Assembly (NCBI GenBank): GCA_951406725.2
Contig: OX597822.1
Coordinates: 87,234,001-87,298,000, forward strand
Source of the DNA: Octopus vulgaris
Taxonomy: Eukaryota
Length of the DNA: 64,000 bases
Reading direction: 5' to 3'
In this document: positions 62,530-64,000 of the stretch, one piece after another
Numbering within the stretch: the first letter of the stretch is position 1
Layout of the letters: every line of letters begins with the position of its first letter
The notes under the pieces: generated by a model
What the model saw: the letters and a program-made list of their open reading frames with translations, nothing else
Database searches by the model: none
What the model was told of the DNA's origin: nothing
Made by a program: the position numbers and the translations under genes

Positions 62530-64000
62530 TTTCATATACACTCAACAGATTAGACTGTTGGAAAAGAAAATATCCTAACATCAGGCTACAAGTAACCTTA
62601 GATGCCAAGAGCACACCTAAGTATCCTAGCTGTGCCTAAAAACATTGTTTTCTGCAGCTGTACTAGACTGGATTTTATGCCTATTTTCCTCTATCCATTT
62701 GTTCAGATCTTCAGGGATAGTTTCCAATGCACCTATAACTGCTGGGATACATTTTACCCACACTTTCCATAGTCTCTCTAATTCAATAGCTAAGTCCTGA
62801 TACTTTGCTATTTTTTCTATACCTTTCATATTGATTTTTTTTCATCATTTGGGACTGTAAAGTTAATTATCTGGTACTTTCTATTCTCTTCGTCTACAAC
62901 TATCAAACCAGGCCTTCTAGCTTCTATTACTCTGTCAGTCTGAATGTTAAAGTCCTACAATATCTTATATGTCTTACTTTCTAGTACTTTACTAAGTTCA
63001 TGTTCATACCATTTATCAATATGTTAAAATCTTAGCTTTCTACATAGCTCCCAGTGGATTACTCTCCCTAGATTGCTGTGTATTTTCTTGTATTCTTTCT
63101 GTGCCAACATGCTACATTCACTTACTATGTGGATGACACTTTCCTCTTTTGATTTGCATAATCTACTTTGGGAATCTACTTCGTTTTTGTATCTATCTTG
63201 TCTTTTATCCAATTAGTCCTTAATGCTTGATCTTGTGCAGTTACTAACAAATCTGTCTCCCTCTTCAGCTTTTTTTTTTTCTTGCAACCATAACCATGTC
63301 CCACTATTACTATTTGCTGCAACTATCTTTGGGAATCTACCATGCAACACCTTCTGCCAATCAGATAATTTCTGTTCTTTTTTCTGGTTTTTAACTTCAA
63401 TTGGCTTTTTGGTTTCCCTATGTCTTGCTTTGGCTCTAGCAGCTTTTAATAAACTTTCTTCACTATTACCTATATAGGAGTCTATATCTACTCTAGCTAA
63501 CTTGATACAATCTTCTACTGATATTAACCCTCTTTCTATTTCAAATTTTAAAGGATTGTTTTTTTTGGTTTTTTTTCCTCTTTCTTTACAATCTTGGAAT
63601 CAAATGGACATGATTGTTCGATAAGTAAGCAATTTCACTTTTCCACATCTGTAATTACTATGTCTGGTCTATTATTATTTTTTTGACTTCTAGTCCGATT
63701 GAATAGAAAAATTCTACAAAATCTTACAGTTCTCCAATTCCAATACTCTTTCAACTCAATAATTGTACCATGTGTTTCCAGCTTAAAATCCCCGTTGCTG
63801 GCACAGTTTCCATTGTAAAACTTTTACCACCTGTTCATGCCTCCATTTCTTATATTCTTTTTGTGCTAACTTGGGGTATTCTGTCACAATGTGTACCACT
63901 GTCTCGTTCCAAGTACCACAGGCTCTACATTTTTCGGACACATTCTCTCCATATATTTTTTCTCAAGTTGTTTGTTTTTAATTGTTTGATCTTGGGCTGC
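62530..64000 (-). mobile_element. R4/Dong-clade LINE remnants (two pieces, junction ~63540)
   Basis: EKIAKYQDLAIELERLW..IP.VIGAL and CKSKEESVIHIVSECS.LAQKEYK motifs; (AAT)n tail at ~62508..62528. Confidence 0.8.

Overview
Eukaryotic, AT-rich and microsatellite-dense animal genomic DNA. The SINE/LINE landscape strongly suggests an octopus (inferred, not verified). The whole window lies inside one + strand multi-exon gene. I reconstructed 25 GT-AG exons (3169..62143; 3721 nt, ~1240 aa, phases consistent, no stops) encoding REJ - GAIN/GPS - TM1 - PLAT/LH2 - TM2-TM5 of a polycystin-1 family protein, most similar to PKD1L1. The gene continues beyond both ends. Introns are filled with decayed TEs: R4/Dong-type LINEs in (AAT)n, RTE LINEs with a PHD finger, BovB-like RTE, CR1, Tx1/L1, mariner/maT remnants, Helitrons, piggyBac-like MITEs and tRNA-derived SINEs. 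The most notable unexplained structure is a 230-bp-arm near-perfect intronic palindrome (46667..47128). It carries a Penelope-type minimal hammerhead ribozyme with a U3-A8 covariant core, intact on the host sense strand and mutated in the mirror copy. Most ORFs in the supplied track are microsatellite or antisense artefacts.
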